Below are positions 12,973 to 26,305 of a DNA stretch of 64,000 bases, in pieces. Every line of letters begins with the position of its first letter. Position 1 is the stretch's first letter. The notes under the pieces are model-generated. The model did no database searches, was not told the DNA's origin, and saw only the letters and a program-made list of their open reading frames with translations. Both the position numbers and the translations under genes were made by a program. Source of the stretch: Octopus vulgaris (Eukaryota); contig OX597823.1 in assembly GCA_951406725.2 (NCBI GenBank), positions 38,440,001-38,504,000 on the forward strand. The letters are read 5' to 3'.

Positions 12973-14252
12973 TTGGGTCTTCCCATAAATAATGTGTTTT
13001 TTTTTCAATTGCACGAACTAAAATTCGGAAGCTGATAGGATAAACTACCTGCATCAACTTGCTATAAAAGCAGATAGTAATTTTACTTTGTCCTTATTCT
13101 TAGTGTAAGTTTTGAAGAGTGCAGTTCAATTTTAACAGTTATTTTTTCAAAGCTATAATGGAAGTGACAAAGAATATATTCAGCATATTTTGCTTTATGA
13201 GTTCAGTAAAAACGACAACACAATGGAAAGTGCGAGGAATATTAATGCAGTATATTGGGATTGAACAATAAGTGTTAAGCCATTGTCAATGATGGTTCCA
13301 GAAATTCTGAGCTGGAAACTACAGCCTAGAAGACGAACCCCACCCTGGTAGATCTATAGAGCTTGATGAGGACGTTCTCCAAACCCTGGTGGAGCAAAAT
13401 CCCATTGTAACTGTTGAGGAACTAGCAGAGAAGCTTGGATGGATTTGGTTATTCAACCATTCACCAACACCTGCGTGCCATCAGAAAAGTTAGCAAATTG
13501 GGTCAATGAGTTCCTCACAATTTTTCCGAGTCTAATCACATGCAGAGAGTGAATGTGTGCTTTTCTTTGTCATGTCTCATAGTTGAACCTTTCTTGGACT
13601 GAATAGTGACTGGTGATGAGAAATGGGTTCTCTATAAAAATGTCAAGTGCCAAAGACTGGGTAAGGAAAGGAGAAACACCGGCACTCCAGGCTAAAGAAG
13701 GTCTTCACCCACATAAGAGGTGTTGTTATCTGTTTGGTGGGATATGAAAGGTTTAGTTCACTTTGAACTTTTAAACCCAAACCAAATTATAACAAAGGAG
13801 ATCTACTGTAAGTAGCTTGAATGACTTAAGTCAGCACTACAAGAAAAATGACCATCTTTAGTTTCAAGACAAAAAGTGTTTTTCCATCAGGATAATGCTC
13901 ATTCACATACAGTGAGGACGACATTCCAAAAGCTGGAGCACTTTGAGTGGGAAACAATGCCTCACCCACCATATTCACTGGACATTGCCCAATCGGATTA
14001 TCATTTATTCTGCAGTCTTTAAAATCATTTGGATGGAAAATATATGAATTCTGTAGATGAGATCACAACAGTACTGAAGGAGCATTTTTCGTCATGGAGA
14101 AGTGAATTTTGGAAGAGAGGCCTTGCAAGCCTACCACATAGATGTAAGAGCATTGTAGAAAATGGAGAGGATATTTTAGATTAAAAAGAACTTTATCTTA
14201 ATTTTGAAAAATAAAAGTATAAAAAAACTGCATTATTTATGGGATGACCCAA
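12973..14252 (+). mobile_element. Full-length defective mariner transposon (DD34D)
   Basis: TIRs ttgggtcttcccataaataatg / cattatttatgggatgacccaa with TA on the left flank. Pseudo-ORF ~13158-14184 has IVTGDEKW, HQDNA and HPPYSLDIAQSDYHLF; 34 residues counted between the last two Asp. Multiple stops. Confidence 0.93.
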
Positions 14253-14267
14253 TTCATTATATACACG

Positions 14268-14268
14268 T

Positions 14269-14316
<48 letters not shown>

Positions 14317-14402
14317 TCATATATATACATGTACATAAATACATACTGTCATATATATAAATAAAGCCATATATATAATATATACACACACACATTATAC
14401 AC

Positions 14403-14443
<41 letters not shown>

Positions 14444-14511
14444 GTCCCAGGATGGGACGAATGTTACTCTATATATATATATATATATATATATAAATAT
14501 ATATATATATA
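14268..14511. repeat. Compound (CT)n(CA)n(TA)n microsatellite cluster
   Basis: Directly visible. Confidence 0.9.
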
Positions 14512-15489
14512 AGACTCATTTTAGAAGTTGCTCTTGGTGTGCTCTCCATAGTATGTAAGAGTGGCAGATACCACACACATACACATAACAATAGAAACTT
14601 GGACATGATTATGAATCAATTCCTTTTGGGGTTGATAAAATAAGTGCCAGTACTGGGGTTGATGTAATCGCTGGCCTTTTTTTTTTTTTTTTTAAGTTTG
14701 TTCCTTATTGACTCTTTGGTACCTCAGAACCTTAATTCTTGACAGATGGCTGTTTAGCTAAAAAATAGAAAGCTATGTTCATAATAAGTTAATGGTACAA
14801 ACATGTAATGATATATATGATTTTATCAACATTTATTCCTGACTATATTATTGTCATTTCAATGACAGTAAAGCAAATTTTAAGGTCATTTGTTGGTAGT
14901 AGAAACACTGAAGATCCAAAGATCTCTGGTCCAATTCCAAGTTTTGTCATATTAGCGAGGTTGAAATTATTACTATCATAATTATTCATATATACTATGT
15001 ACCACTATTTTGGGGCAAAGAAAGCTTGTAAAATATACTTTGTGTATAATATACACAAGACTTTATCTTTGAGGAAATCAGCAATAGTGGGGAATGTTAA
15101 AAAATAACTTGGCCTTTTAGAATTACCATAATGAATCTATACTTCAAAATAGGTGAACCATGCTCCATCCTCTAATTTTTTTTGTGTTTGATTTTTTTTC
15201 TATATTTTTTTTCTAAACAATCTCTGGATTTTTGAGTTTTGAATGTTGGACATTCTGTGTTTATGTTAAAATTGCATCATTTAATATATATTTGATCTTT
15301 TTTGTGTGTGTGTGTGTGTGTTTTGATCATGTTTGATTCTTATTGTAAGACAGACGGTTAGATTTCTCCATTCATAAATTTCTTTCCCAATGACTTTCAT
15401 ATAAAAAAAACCCTCATTTTGTTTATTTTCATGAGGATTAAATTTTTTTTAATTAGGAAGGTTTCATTTTCAAAATTGCTTACTTTGTC

Positions 15490-15690
15490 GTCATCATCAT
15501 TTTTACATCCAAAGGTTGGACAAAACCTTTTCAACATAGCATTCTGCCATTTGTTGCATTTCTTCTCATCTCTTTTGTGAGGTTTGGCTTCTTGATATTA
15601 GCCTTCATTTCCGCTCATGTCTCTTTTAGTCTTCCTTTTCTTACCAGCTGTCATCATCCACATATATTACATGCCCATACCAGTGCAGCC
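15490..15690 (-). mobile_element. Short 3' fragment of an RTE-like LINE
   Basis: Minus strand reads LHWYGHVIYVDDDS (RTE C-terminal WxGHV motif) and ends in a (TGA)n-type tail near 15490-15500. Confidence 0.55.
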
Positions 15691-15989
15691 ATTGCTGGTA
15701 TGGACATGTAATGTTTCATAAGTTAACTAAGAGTCTTTGAGAAATGAAAATGGTACTATATAATTTCTTTCAAATAATTTGTTTCAGTTAATCTATTGTT
15801 ACAGGAAAATAAATACTTTTTTTCTTGAAATATGCTTTAGATTTCTAAATTTTGAATTCTCACATCACATGTCATTACATCAAGTAATATTATATATATA
15901 TATATTAGTATACTAATACAGCGTTATAGTAATACATCTGTTCGTTGTCTACACCACTTGTCTTCGTCTTTTGTTTTTTTGTGAATTCT

Positions 15990-16046
15990 CCCTGTATATA
16001 AATATTATATTATATATATATATATATACATACACACATATATATA

Positions 16047-16117
<71 letters not shown>

Positions 16118-16118
16118 A
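15990..16118. repeat. (TA)n/(TATC)n microsatellite
   Basis: Directly visible. Confidence 0.9.
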
Positions 16119-18459
16119 GTTATTTTGATTGCGTTTAGCTTGAGTCATGGAACAGATCGATCTTTTACAAATTTCTTTTTTCCTTGAAATCTGTCAAATA
16201 AGTATTTGCATTTTGGTTATATTTCATAAAAAAGTACCCTTTGATCTTTACTAGTGTTGGCTGTAAAACTGCATCTATTATCTACAGACAGTTATAATTT
16301 GTTTGTTGTTTTCCTAGAGACTCAATTTACTTTTAATAATGATATACTCAGTTTTAATACATGTTGCTACAGCTGAACAAACATTTCTGTAAAGATTTTA
16401 AAGATTTTAAATCTCCTCAGAACTTTCTTTTATGCAGTTTTCTTTTTCTAAATGTTCTTTGGATTTAGTTGTATTGAACATTAGACATTTAGGATCTGGT
16501 AATTTTTTTTAAATAAAAAAAAAATTTTGCAATATATATAATTTAATATAATGTTAAAATCATTGAATAAAATAGAAAATATTTTTATATATATTATGTA
16601 TATACTAAATGATTTAAACATCTCAACAATATATATTGATGGGATGGTCATGACTGGAACACATTTGAATTGATACTACGGAAGGTTATTGGAATAAAAT
16701 TTTTGGGAGTGTAGAAGTAAATAAACAGAGATTAAAGTGAATAAACAGAAACTAAGTACCTTCTATCCTTTTGTACTGTTTCTATTTTGGTTTTACATTT
16801 TATTTCTGAATTGTTTCAATGTGTGAATGAGATATTAGTAAGATAGTTAACAACCTTGAGTAATAATGGTCTGAAGGAGATATTTATGAAATATAAGGAA
16901 CATTTAATATATTTTCACTGTCATGATAAAATGTATTATAGTAATTCATAATCTGACACACCAGGTAATAGATATGTTAGGCCATTCCAAATATGGCTAC
17001 AGAGAATGAGTGACATTTAGCTTTACCTTTTATATAATGGGTAAAATACACATCCATAAATTTTAGATTTAGAAATTTGTGGAAAAAAATGTTTATTATT
17101 ATATGGTAATCAAAATTTGTGTAGTTTGACTTAGTGAGAGTATTAGAAGGGAGAGCTTTTGGGGTTATATATATACATATTGATGTTTAATCATTGTTAT
17201 AATAAGACTAACCAAAATATGATAGAAGAATTGTTCCAAATTTCTTTCAGCCAGCTTATATATGCTATAGGATACAGATTGGAAAAGTTTAAGAAATGTA
17301 AAAAAAAATGTATAAAACAAGAAAATCAAGAAATGTTTCTAACATTTTTCTATTTTTTTTTTTTAAGATATCATTATGAAAACTTTACCCTATGTTGGAA
17401 AAAATCCATTATAATTGCTAAATTTTGTTTATTTTGAAAAACTGTGTGCAATTTTCTGTGATAATCTTTGATGCTAAGGAATTATTAGGGAAACTCTGGA
17501 AGTTTATTTTGTCTTATCTAATGAAAGTTGGAATATTTGAAAATAATTTTTAGTTTTGGAGAATAATTTTTGTGAATTGTCCTTAATTGTTCTTTGTCTC
17601 TGTACAAATTTCTGTTGAATTGGTTAAGCTAGTGGACCAAATGAAAGAAGTTAATTAAGATAACAAATGTTTAATAAATATGATCACATTGAACAATTCA
17701 AATATAATTATTCAAGAATTTGATTGTATTTGTATGTTAAAATGTATTTCGATCAGCACAATGTTTTTCCCAATCTTTGATCCTGTTCTTAGAATTAGCA
17801 TTAGTCTTTAATTGCTTATTTCAACTGCTTTGTACTCATCTTGCTGTCAATTGACATTGACAAACTTAGTTGTGATGATTTTAGTTTCTTTATTGCTAAT
17901 GAGGATTTAGTTAGATATTTGCTTACAGCACTCAGATGTTTGCATACTGCCTTGCCACATGCATACTCCTATCACCAGCACTACATCCTATCACAAGCAA
18001 TGGCACCACTGTTAAAAATGGTATTTAAGTACTCCTTTTGCTCCAAATTCAGGCCCACTCTACTCTTATCGAGGCTGTTGGATTTTAACCTACCTCAGAA
18101 TCATCATCCATGACTAGGCAAGCAGAACTTAGTGCCAACAGATATCCAGGGACATGATGTCCATTTCTCATTCGTTTTCTTCACCTTCTGCATTTCGGTC
18201 TTCATACCGGAATCTTATGCGAACTTTGGGATCTCCTATTCGATCTAATTCTGTTGAGGTCAGTTTTTGCCATCTAGTCTTTTCTTTAAATTGCCTTTGT
18301 TTTTTAATTTATGAATTTGTGATTTATATGTTAATATGTTAGTAGAAAAAGAAATTATCTTTGATAGATGTAACAGTGTTGTTGGATGCTAAGAGAATTT
18401 GCTGTTGATTTTGTTATCAATGTTGATGTTCTTTTGCAGATTATTTTACACTATAATCA

Positions 18460-18678
18460 AAGTGGTAAGCTGGAAGAATTTTTACATTGTCGGACAAAAT
18501 GCTTAGCAGAATTTCATTTGGCTCTTTACATTCTGAGTCCAAATTCCACTGAGGTCGTCTTTACCTTTCATCCTTTTGGGGGTCGATAAAAAAAGTACCA
18601 GTTGACCACTGGAGTTGATGTAATCAACTTAGCTCACTCACCTCAAATTGTTGGCCATGTCCCAAAATTTGAAACCAT
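18460..18678 (+). mobile_element. tRNA-derived SINE (same family as 8718-8935)
   Basis: Colinear similarity to the 8.7 kb copy. Confidence 0.8.
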
Positions 18679-19628
18679 TATTTTTATACTGAAATAGCAT
18701 TCTGATTTCTAACAACTTAAAAATATTTAATATTTACTGACTTCTTTTTCTTTATTTTGCTGGTTTTTTTTATTTATAATTACAGAAGTAATGTTCAGCT
18801 CACTCATGGATTTGGGTGGTTGAGGATTGTTTCATCAAAATTGTTTTCAATAAAATACAGAGAATGATGAGAAGAAAATTCAATAGTTGATATTTCTTAT
18901 TTTGAAAGTGAGAAAATGGAATATTATTTAAGATTGATAATGGCTAATGAGTTTCCAGTTATTTTAAATCTTAAAAAGAACATTTTTATCAATTTTGTTA
19001 CAGGATGGAATTAGAAATAATTTGTAAAATGTATTTATTGAAATGCTTTCTATATTCTGAAATTAGTTACATTTTTATTTAAGTAGATAGTGACATTGAT
19101 GAATTACTTGCATAAAGTTAAATACCAATTGTCTTTGGAATTATGTTACATTGTTTTGCTAAGGAGGCAGATGTAGCTGAGTTGATAAGGGGATAGTTGC
19201 AACTGAGTTTTTAAGGAGACAGGGTTTTAATCAAAGCCTTGACTATTTATCTCTGCTGCATTTGCACCTAACAAAATGACACAGTTTACTTATCAGCTAC
19301 TAGGTATTGACTTAAGGTATAGTTCACTACTATAAACAGAACTGTATGACTGACAATGTTTGTAAATTAAAAGTGGTGAGTTGAAATTCTCCTGAGAACT
19401 AAAACAACATAGGAAGCCACTCCAGTATTTTACTTTGATGTTAACAATGCCAACATGTATTTTACAGACAAGAAAATAAATTTTGAATACAATAAAGCTG
19501 TACTGCATTCCAAATTTACTTGTCTGTAAAATACCAATCACATTCGATGCTTCCAAAGTTTGTTTGAAAAATGTCGTCACATTTCAAAAGCTATAATTTA
19601 GCTTTAAAATTGACGGTAAGTATCAGTA

Positions 19629-19714
19629 GGCCATTTAGCATAATGATAGAGTACTTAGCCAGTATCTGAGGGGTACAGGTTCAACTCCCATAGCTGTCTG
19701 CCGGCAACTTTTTT
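19629..19714 (+). other. tRNA-like Pol III cassette (pseudo-tRNA or SINE head) between ~90-bp direct repeats
   Basis: A box TAGCATAATGA, B box GGTTCAACTCC, possible AGT anticodon loop and a T7 run at 19708-19714. The acceptor stem is poor. Confidence 0.5.
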
Positions 19715-20821
19715 CCATCTTATAAGAATAAAATACCGTCTTTCTGCTGTTTTCACCGCTATACTGCATTCGAAATTTACTTTCTAGTCTGTAAAATCCA
19801 AAAACACATACAATGCTTACAAAGTTTGTTTATAAAATGTTATCGAATACTAATATGCATTTTTCCATCGGTGTCTCTGCTACCAAATTCATTACAGGTT
19901 GTTAGTTTTACTTTATGAAAGTGAAGTTATTGATTGAAAATTGACCTTTGTTAAATTGGAGGGAAAAATACTTCCTTTTCCTGATAAGTGATATTAATGT
20001 AAAAAAGGGAAAAAATAAATTTAACTGTCTAAAAATAATTTTCCTTTTTTTTTTGCAAATTAAACTTTATAAATACCTGAAATAGAAGACTTTGGCAATG
20101 TGACAATGTTTATATTAATTACACTAGTTTTATCTGAAAATTAAAAGAAATCATTAAATCACCTCTTTGTTTCTATTCATCTGTTTAAACAAAAATTCCA
20201 CCTGTATTTTACTATTCAAAAATTTTATTTTGTAGATTAACATATTACAACTAATAATCTCGCAACGTAAAAAAATTATTAAAGATAACTAGTTATTTGT
20301 TCTCTTTGGACTAAAATCTCAAGAAAACAGCTAAAGGTTATTTCAACTTAACACTTTATTTGTAGACTATTAAAATAAGTAATCATAAAACATCAGATCA
20401 GAATATTTGTTCAGCTCACTGTTTAAAATGTTATGTTTATGAAATAGTTTGTTTCTGTTCTGATTTCAATCATGTTAAACAATGCTTATTTCAAAACAGA
20501 TAGTATTGATTGTGTAATTATAGAGTTTTGGCATACTACCAGGAGTATTTCAGCAGGTATAAAACAGTTTTCTGTCTTCATTTGAGTTACTATAGTCACA
20601 TCCTGCTATAAAAAGAAAATATTATTGGGAGATGTCTGCAAATAGAAATGATCTGATAACAAATAACCTGTTTCATGAACTGTTGTCATTACAAATTTAT
20701 ATTCTTCCATACAGCATTTCATTTTAAATAATTGGAAACAACAAAACATTTCCAAGTGTTTGAAATGTGGCAACCATTGCAGAATTGTTGAACTTTACAC
20801 TTATTACATACTATAATATTA

Positions 20822-21147
20822 TCTGGCCTCCATGCCGGTGGCATGTAAAAAGCACCATCCAATCGTGGCTGTTGCCAGCCTCGCCTGGCCTCCGTGCCGG
20901 TGGCACATAAAAAGCACCTTCCGATTGTGGCCGTTTGCCAGCCTTGTCTGGCACCTGTGCCGGTGGCACGTAAAAAGCTCCCCCTACACTCACGGAGTGG
21001 TTGGCGTTAGGAAGGGCATCCAGCCGTAGAAACATTGCTAGATCAGACTGGGCCTGGTGCAGCCTTCTGGCTTCCCAGACCCCAGTTGAACCGTCCAACC
21101 CATGCTAGCATGGAAAGCAGACGCTAAATGATGATGATGATGATGAT
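20822..21147 (+). mobile_element. Young SINE-like repeat with (TGA)n tail and internal ~63-bp tandem subunits
   Basis: CpG-rich copy. The subunit gccggtggcac.taaaaagcacc occurs three times. Ends ggaaagcagacgctaaatgatgatgat. Confidence 0.85.
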
Positions 21148-21189
21148 TGTTTTGAACTATACCATTTAAACTATTATTATTATTATTGA

Positions 21190-21731
21190 ATGAGAGAGCT
21201 TGCCATCAAAGTGATACTGCGATAAAATATACGAAGCCCAGTATACCCATCATGACTACTCGTCTGATAAGGGTACACCAAGTACATGCATCACAACCAT
21301 ATGTGCACGACATGGTGATCTCTTATCGAGATAAACAGTGCATGACTTTGCAGGTGGGGCCCAGTTAGAATTTTCTTCAAGTTGAGTAGCTCATCCCACT
21401 AAAATGATCCTTGAATAAGGGTTGTTTAAGGATGTTGAGTGAAACAGCCATGTTTCCAGAGGTGAATAATTCAAACTCCAAAGAATTCCTCTCAACTCAT
21501 GGCTGTGATGCTTCCCCACTACTTCTGTTCATGATCAAAGATGCACATATTGTTTGCCAACAAAGAACATGCTCAACTGGTTAAGGTCAAAAAACTGACA
21601 AGCAAGTCTGTGGTATTGAATATTTGCTGTAGCCCATTTGTTATACCAAGACAAAACAATGTACATGACAACACTTCTAATCAGTTAAGATCAGAAGCTA
21701 TGAGAGCCACTGCCTGGTACTGCACCAGGGC

Positions 21732-21777
<46 letters not shown>

Positions 21778-21780
21778 TAT
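21190..21780. mobile_element. ~550-bp interspersed repeat abutting (ATT)n (copies at 57645-58075 and 58785-58925)
   Basis: Colinear match to the 57.6-58.1 kb copy (gcaggtggggccc..ttagaattttcttca..cactgcctggtactgca). (ATT)n on both sides. Confidence 0.8.
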
Positions 21781-22921
21781 TACATATATTTAACTTTTAG
21801 AGAACATTGTTTTTAGATCTATTACTTTTGTTGAAGCATTAATTTCATGAAAGAAGAATTATACCTGATAATTGTAATTGATAATGCTTCATTCTTTTCC
21901 TTTATTTTCTCTCACATATTTCTCTAAGTAATAATGAAAATAAGAAAACTGAGATGTTAGATACTGAACAAGGAATGTAGGTTAAATAGAAAGTGAGCCA
22001 GTGGAGCTGACAAGGGTGCCAAGTGTATAGATTCTATCTGAGACAAATGGGACAACTTTTAAAGATAGTAACTAAGGTGTTAATCATTAAGAGGGTGTGG
22101 CAGATGTTACATACATTCTTAGTTGACTGATTAGAAGGTGTATGAATGTGTATGACTGGTAAGACAACAGTGTTGTCAATTGTTGAAATTGTTAGAAGAT
22201 ATAAAATTTCAGTAACAGAAATTTAAGTAACGATAGTAATAGAAACAACCACAGTGAAATTAATAATAGATACACATTTGGGGCTTAAAATATGCATTAT
22301 TTCAGTCACAAAATATCATTATTGGATTCACATATTCTGTAGTTTTATTCAACACTCTACTGATTATACAATATGCTTTTAATAATTTCTAACATTTATT
22401 TAGTGGTCCAATAAGAAAGCCTCTGTTGTTGCTTGACATGCTAGAGGCGACAACAAAGTATCTTTCAAATTACACCCCTACAACTTTAAAAAGGAAGGAC
22501 ACATTACACAATGTGGTCTTGGATGCATTATATCTGGATAGAAGAAGGAATGCTCATGACTGGAACACTTTTGATTGTAAGCTTCCCTACCAGTTTGATA
22601 CCAATATACATCACTAATGACATATTTTATTGACCCTCTAGAATGATGGAAGGTAAATTTAGTCATAGTAGAATGTGATATCAAAATGTAACAGGTTGGA
22701 AGTCGCTATTACAAAACAATTTGTCCAGTACCATCAACATTACTACCATTAGTGATGTACAAAAGCAGAATTGCAGTTGGTGTGGGTTTTGACCAAGTTG
22801 TATGCTACATTGGTCACAACAAATTTAAGTAATCATGTGATGACCCATAATAAAACCTCTTACAAGAATATGTTTGCAATGAGAAAACATGATCATGTTT
22901 GAAATCAAATTATTTTGAAAA

Positions 22922-22964
<43 letters not shown>

Positions 22965-24464
22965 CATGGAAAGCGGACGTTAAACGATATATATATATAT
23001 ATATATTATTTACTAATCCTTGACCTATCATAACATTGAGAATGTGACAGCTGACAGTTGAAATGGTTGCACTAGCACTAGGTTGGTAGTTGTTTTCAGC
23101 TGAGTAAACTGAAAGGAAGTGCCTTGCTCAAGGACAAAATGTACCACCTGGTTCAAGAATTGAACCAATGATGTCATGATCATGAACCTAAGAAATGTAA
23201 TAAGAACTTTCTACAAGTATCATTTTGATTGGTCCATCTATTTTACTTTAATGAGGTGGAGAAAATATACTGCATGTCCAGTAACTTTGTAGCAATAATA
23301 ATTAAAATTCAGCTTAAAATCATTTAATCTGTTTTATATTGATGTTGTAGTTAATAAAATCACAAATTTCCAGTCTAAACTGCATCTTTTCAGTGTGAGG
23401 AAATTTAAGATTGGCAGAATCAAGATAGTTTTTGAAATAAGGAAGATATTGAATATAATACTGGTAAAATCTCTGCAAAAGGCATTGATTTTGATTTTGA
23501 TTTTTCCAGTTTCAGCTAATGAGCTGTGGCCATGCTGGGGCACCGCATATTTGTTTTTATTTTAGAAAAATTGAATTGACAAAATACTTTGATGTTGCTT
23601 TTGCTGGGAGAATGTGCCAAGAAAGGAATAGCAATCTGATTGGATTGATGAAATATTTAAATAATCCTCGTTTAATTTGGGATGAACTCGACTCATTTCT
23701 TACTTTGCAATCAGAAACTTGGTTGCCAAATATGGCAAAGAAATGGTTTGGAAGAATGTCAACCACTTCATAAGACTTCCCTTCTTATTCTGAGTTAGAA
23801 CTCATGATAACTAAATCACTCACTCCATCTCCATTTAATATTTACTTTTCTATGCTTGCATGGAGTAGATGGAATTCAGTGAGACAGGTATTTTTTTATA
23901 GCTCAAAGCCTTTCTTGTCACCAACCCTCAATTGTTTCTATGTAAGGTAGTATTTTCTCTTGGCTGCTTGTTTGATGGTGACAGTTGTGCAATGTTAACA
24001 CAAGGAAAGAGAGAGAGAGACACACACTCACACACACACACATGCACATACACAGATGAGGAGCATCTTTCAGTTTCAGTCTACCAAATCTGTTCATAAG
24101 GCTTTGGTCAGACTAGAAATATAGAAAACACTTACTTAAGGTACCATCAAAAGAAAAATCCCTGCCACAGAGATTAAATGTTACCATTAATAAAACTGTT
24201 GACAACAATGCTATGATTTAAAAATTAAATATTGTCAGAGAGTTAGACTGCAGAAACTCTACCTTGCCCACTGTCCTATTCCTCCAACTTACATCAGTGT
24301 GGAGAGAGAGAAAGAGTCAGATAACAACTTTTCTGTAGTAAAACTCTTTGTTACAGAATTATTATCAAGCTCAAGTGACAACACCATCAACATTGCTTCT
24401 GGAGACTATATTATCAATTTGATTGAAATATCTTTTAATAGTCAGGAAAATTTACATTTTCTTT

Positions 24465-24845
24465 CATTTTGGGATTTGGTTTGCAAGGTTCTTTATTTGA
24501 GTTTGTGCTTTGAAGCATATTTTGTTGTGTCTGGGGAGAGTCATTCTCTTTTAGTGCCTTATTATTTAACACACTCATTGGTAAAATTTCTTCTCATTTA
24601 CTTATTTTTCCTAAAATTTTCATTGTGTTTTGCAACCTCTGCAATAGTCATTGACTCTGTCCAGCATCCGAGCTGCATTCTTTTTTTTTGTTTGTGTGCA
24701 TGTGTGTGGGTTAGTGTGTGTGTGTGTGCATATGCTTGTATGTATGTATGTATGTATGTATGTATGCTTGTATGTATGTATGTATGTATGTATGTATGTA
24801 TGTGTATACGTTTGTAAGGTTGTGTATGCATGTATGTGTGTACAC
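24465..24845 (-). mobile_element. Terminal segment of the Penelope-like family seen at 31.8-33.7 kb
   Basis: Shares ctggggagagtcattctcttttagtgcc..ggtaaa..ttgcaacc and the (TATG)n tract with the arms of the 31.8-33.7 kb palindrome. Confidence 0.7.
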
Positions 24846-24939
24846 AACAATACATTTTCTTTAATTTTTGTAAATTTTAAAAAGTTTTCTGTATAAGTAT
24901 ACATATGTTTTAAATGGAATAAATGTTTTGAGGTTCATG

Positions 24940-25175
24940 AAAAACACCATTTGAGTGTGGCCATTGCCAGTACTGCCTGACTGGCCCTCATGCCAGTGAC
25001 ACATAAAGCACCCTCTACACACTCGGAGTGGTTGGCATTAGGAAGGGTATCCAGCTGTAGAAACTCTGCCAGATCAGCTTGGAGTCTCGTGTAGCCATCT
25101 GGCTCGCCAGTACTCAGTCGAACCATCCAACCCATGCCAGCCTGGAAAGCAGACGTTAAACGATGATGATGATGA
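24940..25175 (+). mobile_element. SINE-like repeat with (TGA)n tail
   Basis: Same family as 20822-21147. Confidence 0.8.
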
Positions 25176-25944
25176 GGATTGCTCCTTTCTAATGTTTGAA
25201 ACCCTGAATTACTAAATAAGTGATTTAAAAAGGGAAAATAAAAAATATGAGGTCTCTTGTGAAATTCCTGGAAATCTGCTTTTTTGTTTCTTTTTTTTTT
25301 TGTTTCATACACTTGATTTCTCAGGAATAAGTTCTGGGAAACTGAGAAGCCCTAGTACATAGTACAGGGTTATGGCTGCATCATCATAATCATCATCACA
25401 ACCTTGTACTAAAAGAAAAAATGGCTCCAATGAAGGAGAATTTTTTTTTAACTTTAGAATTTGTGAATTGTGGAAAGAAAATTTTTTAAAATTTACCTTT
25501 CTTTTGTATATGAACAGAAATTTTGACTCTTATAAAGAGCATCCATTTTTAATAGAAGTATTAATGCTACATAATATTAGTTTAACACAAATAAACATTT
25601 GTGTATTGAATTAAAAAATTTATTTTGTATATTGTTTATATTATTAATTGTAATTTTGAATATTTTTATTAAAATTTTAGTTTGCTTTTCTTATTGAAAG
25701 ATTAAGATGGGTTAAAAGCTAAATTTATGAAGAGCTATATTATGAAGTTGAATGTTTTATTTATTAATTTAAAGTTTTATGAGAGGAAGAAAGAAAGATA
25801 ATATAAGCTCTATATTAACTGTATACTATTAAATGTTATCTAATCATCAAATAGATGAGGCTGCATCTCTCTCTTTCTCTCTCATGCACATACATACACA
25901 TGTACACACATGAATGAATTTTGATGGGCAGATTGTTTCTTTTA

Positions 25945-26305
25945 TCTTTTACTTGATTTATTAATTGGACTACAGCCATGTGTGTGTCATATCTTAAAGG
26001 GTTTAGTTGAACAAATCAACCACAGTACTTGTTTTTTATTAAGTCAGGCACTTATTCTCTGTGTCTTTTTTGTTAAACTACTAAGTTACAGTGATGTAAA
26101 CAAACAAGTTGCCAAGTGTTGAGGGGACAAACACACACACATCATGAGTTTCCATATAGTTTCCATCTCCCAAATTTACACACAAAGCAAAGTATTGGTC
26201 AGCCCTGAGCTATAGCAGACACTTGCCCAAGATGTCATTTAGTGGGATTTAACCCAAAATCATGTGGTTGCAAAGTGAGCTTCTTAACCACACAGCCATG
26301 CTTGC
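25945..26305 (-). mobile_element. tRNA-derived SINE (head tggctgtgtggttaagaag; related copies at 29718-29890 and 43705-43850 on +)
   Basis: Minus strand has A box TGGCTGTGTGGTTAAG, B-box-like GGGTTAAATCCC, an internal (TG)n and an AT-rich tail. Confidence 0.7.

Noticed and set aside
20822-20985. Regularly spaced repeats resembling a CRISPR array
   Set aside because: The intervening sequences are similar to each other, the context is a eukaryotic SINE-like element, and there are no cas genes.
23550-23773. ORF with protein-like composition, possibly a DNA-transposase remnant
   Set aside because: No diagnostic motif or splice context; it starts inside a LINE stub.
24299-24904. Long ORFs rich in CVCM/HTYI (similar ones at 31.8-33.7 kb and 38.0-39.0 kb)
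   Set aside because: Stop-free frames produced by (TG)n/(TATG)n/(TA)n microsatellites.
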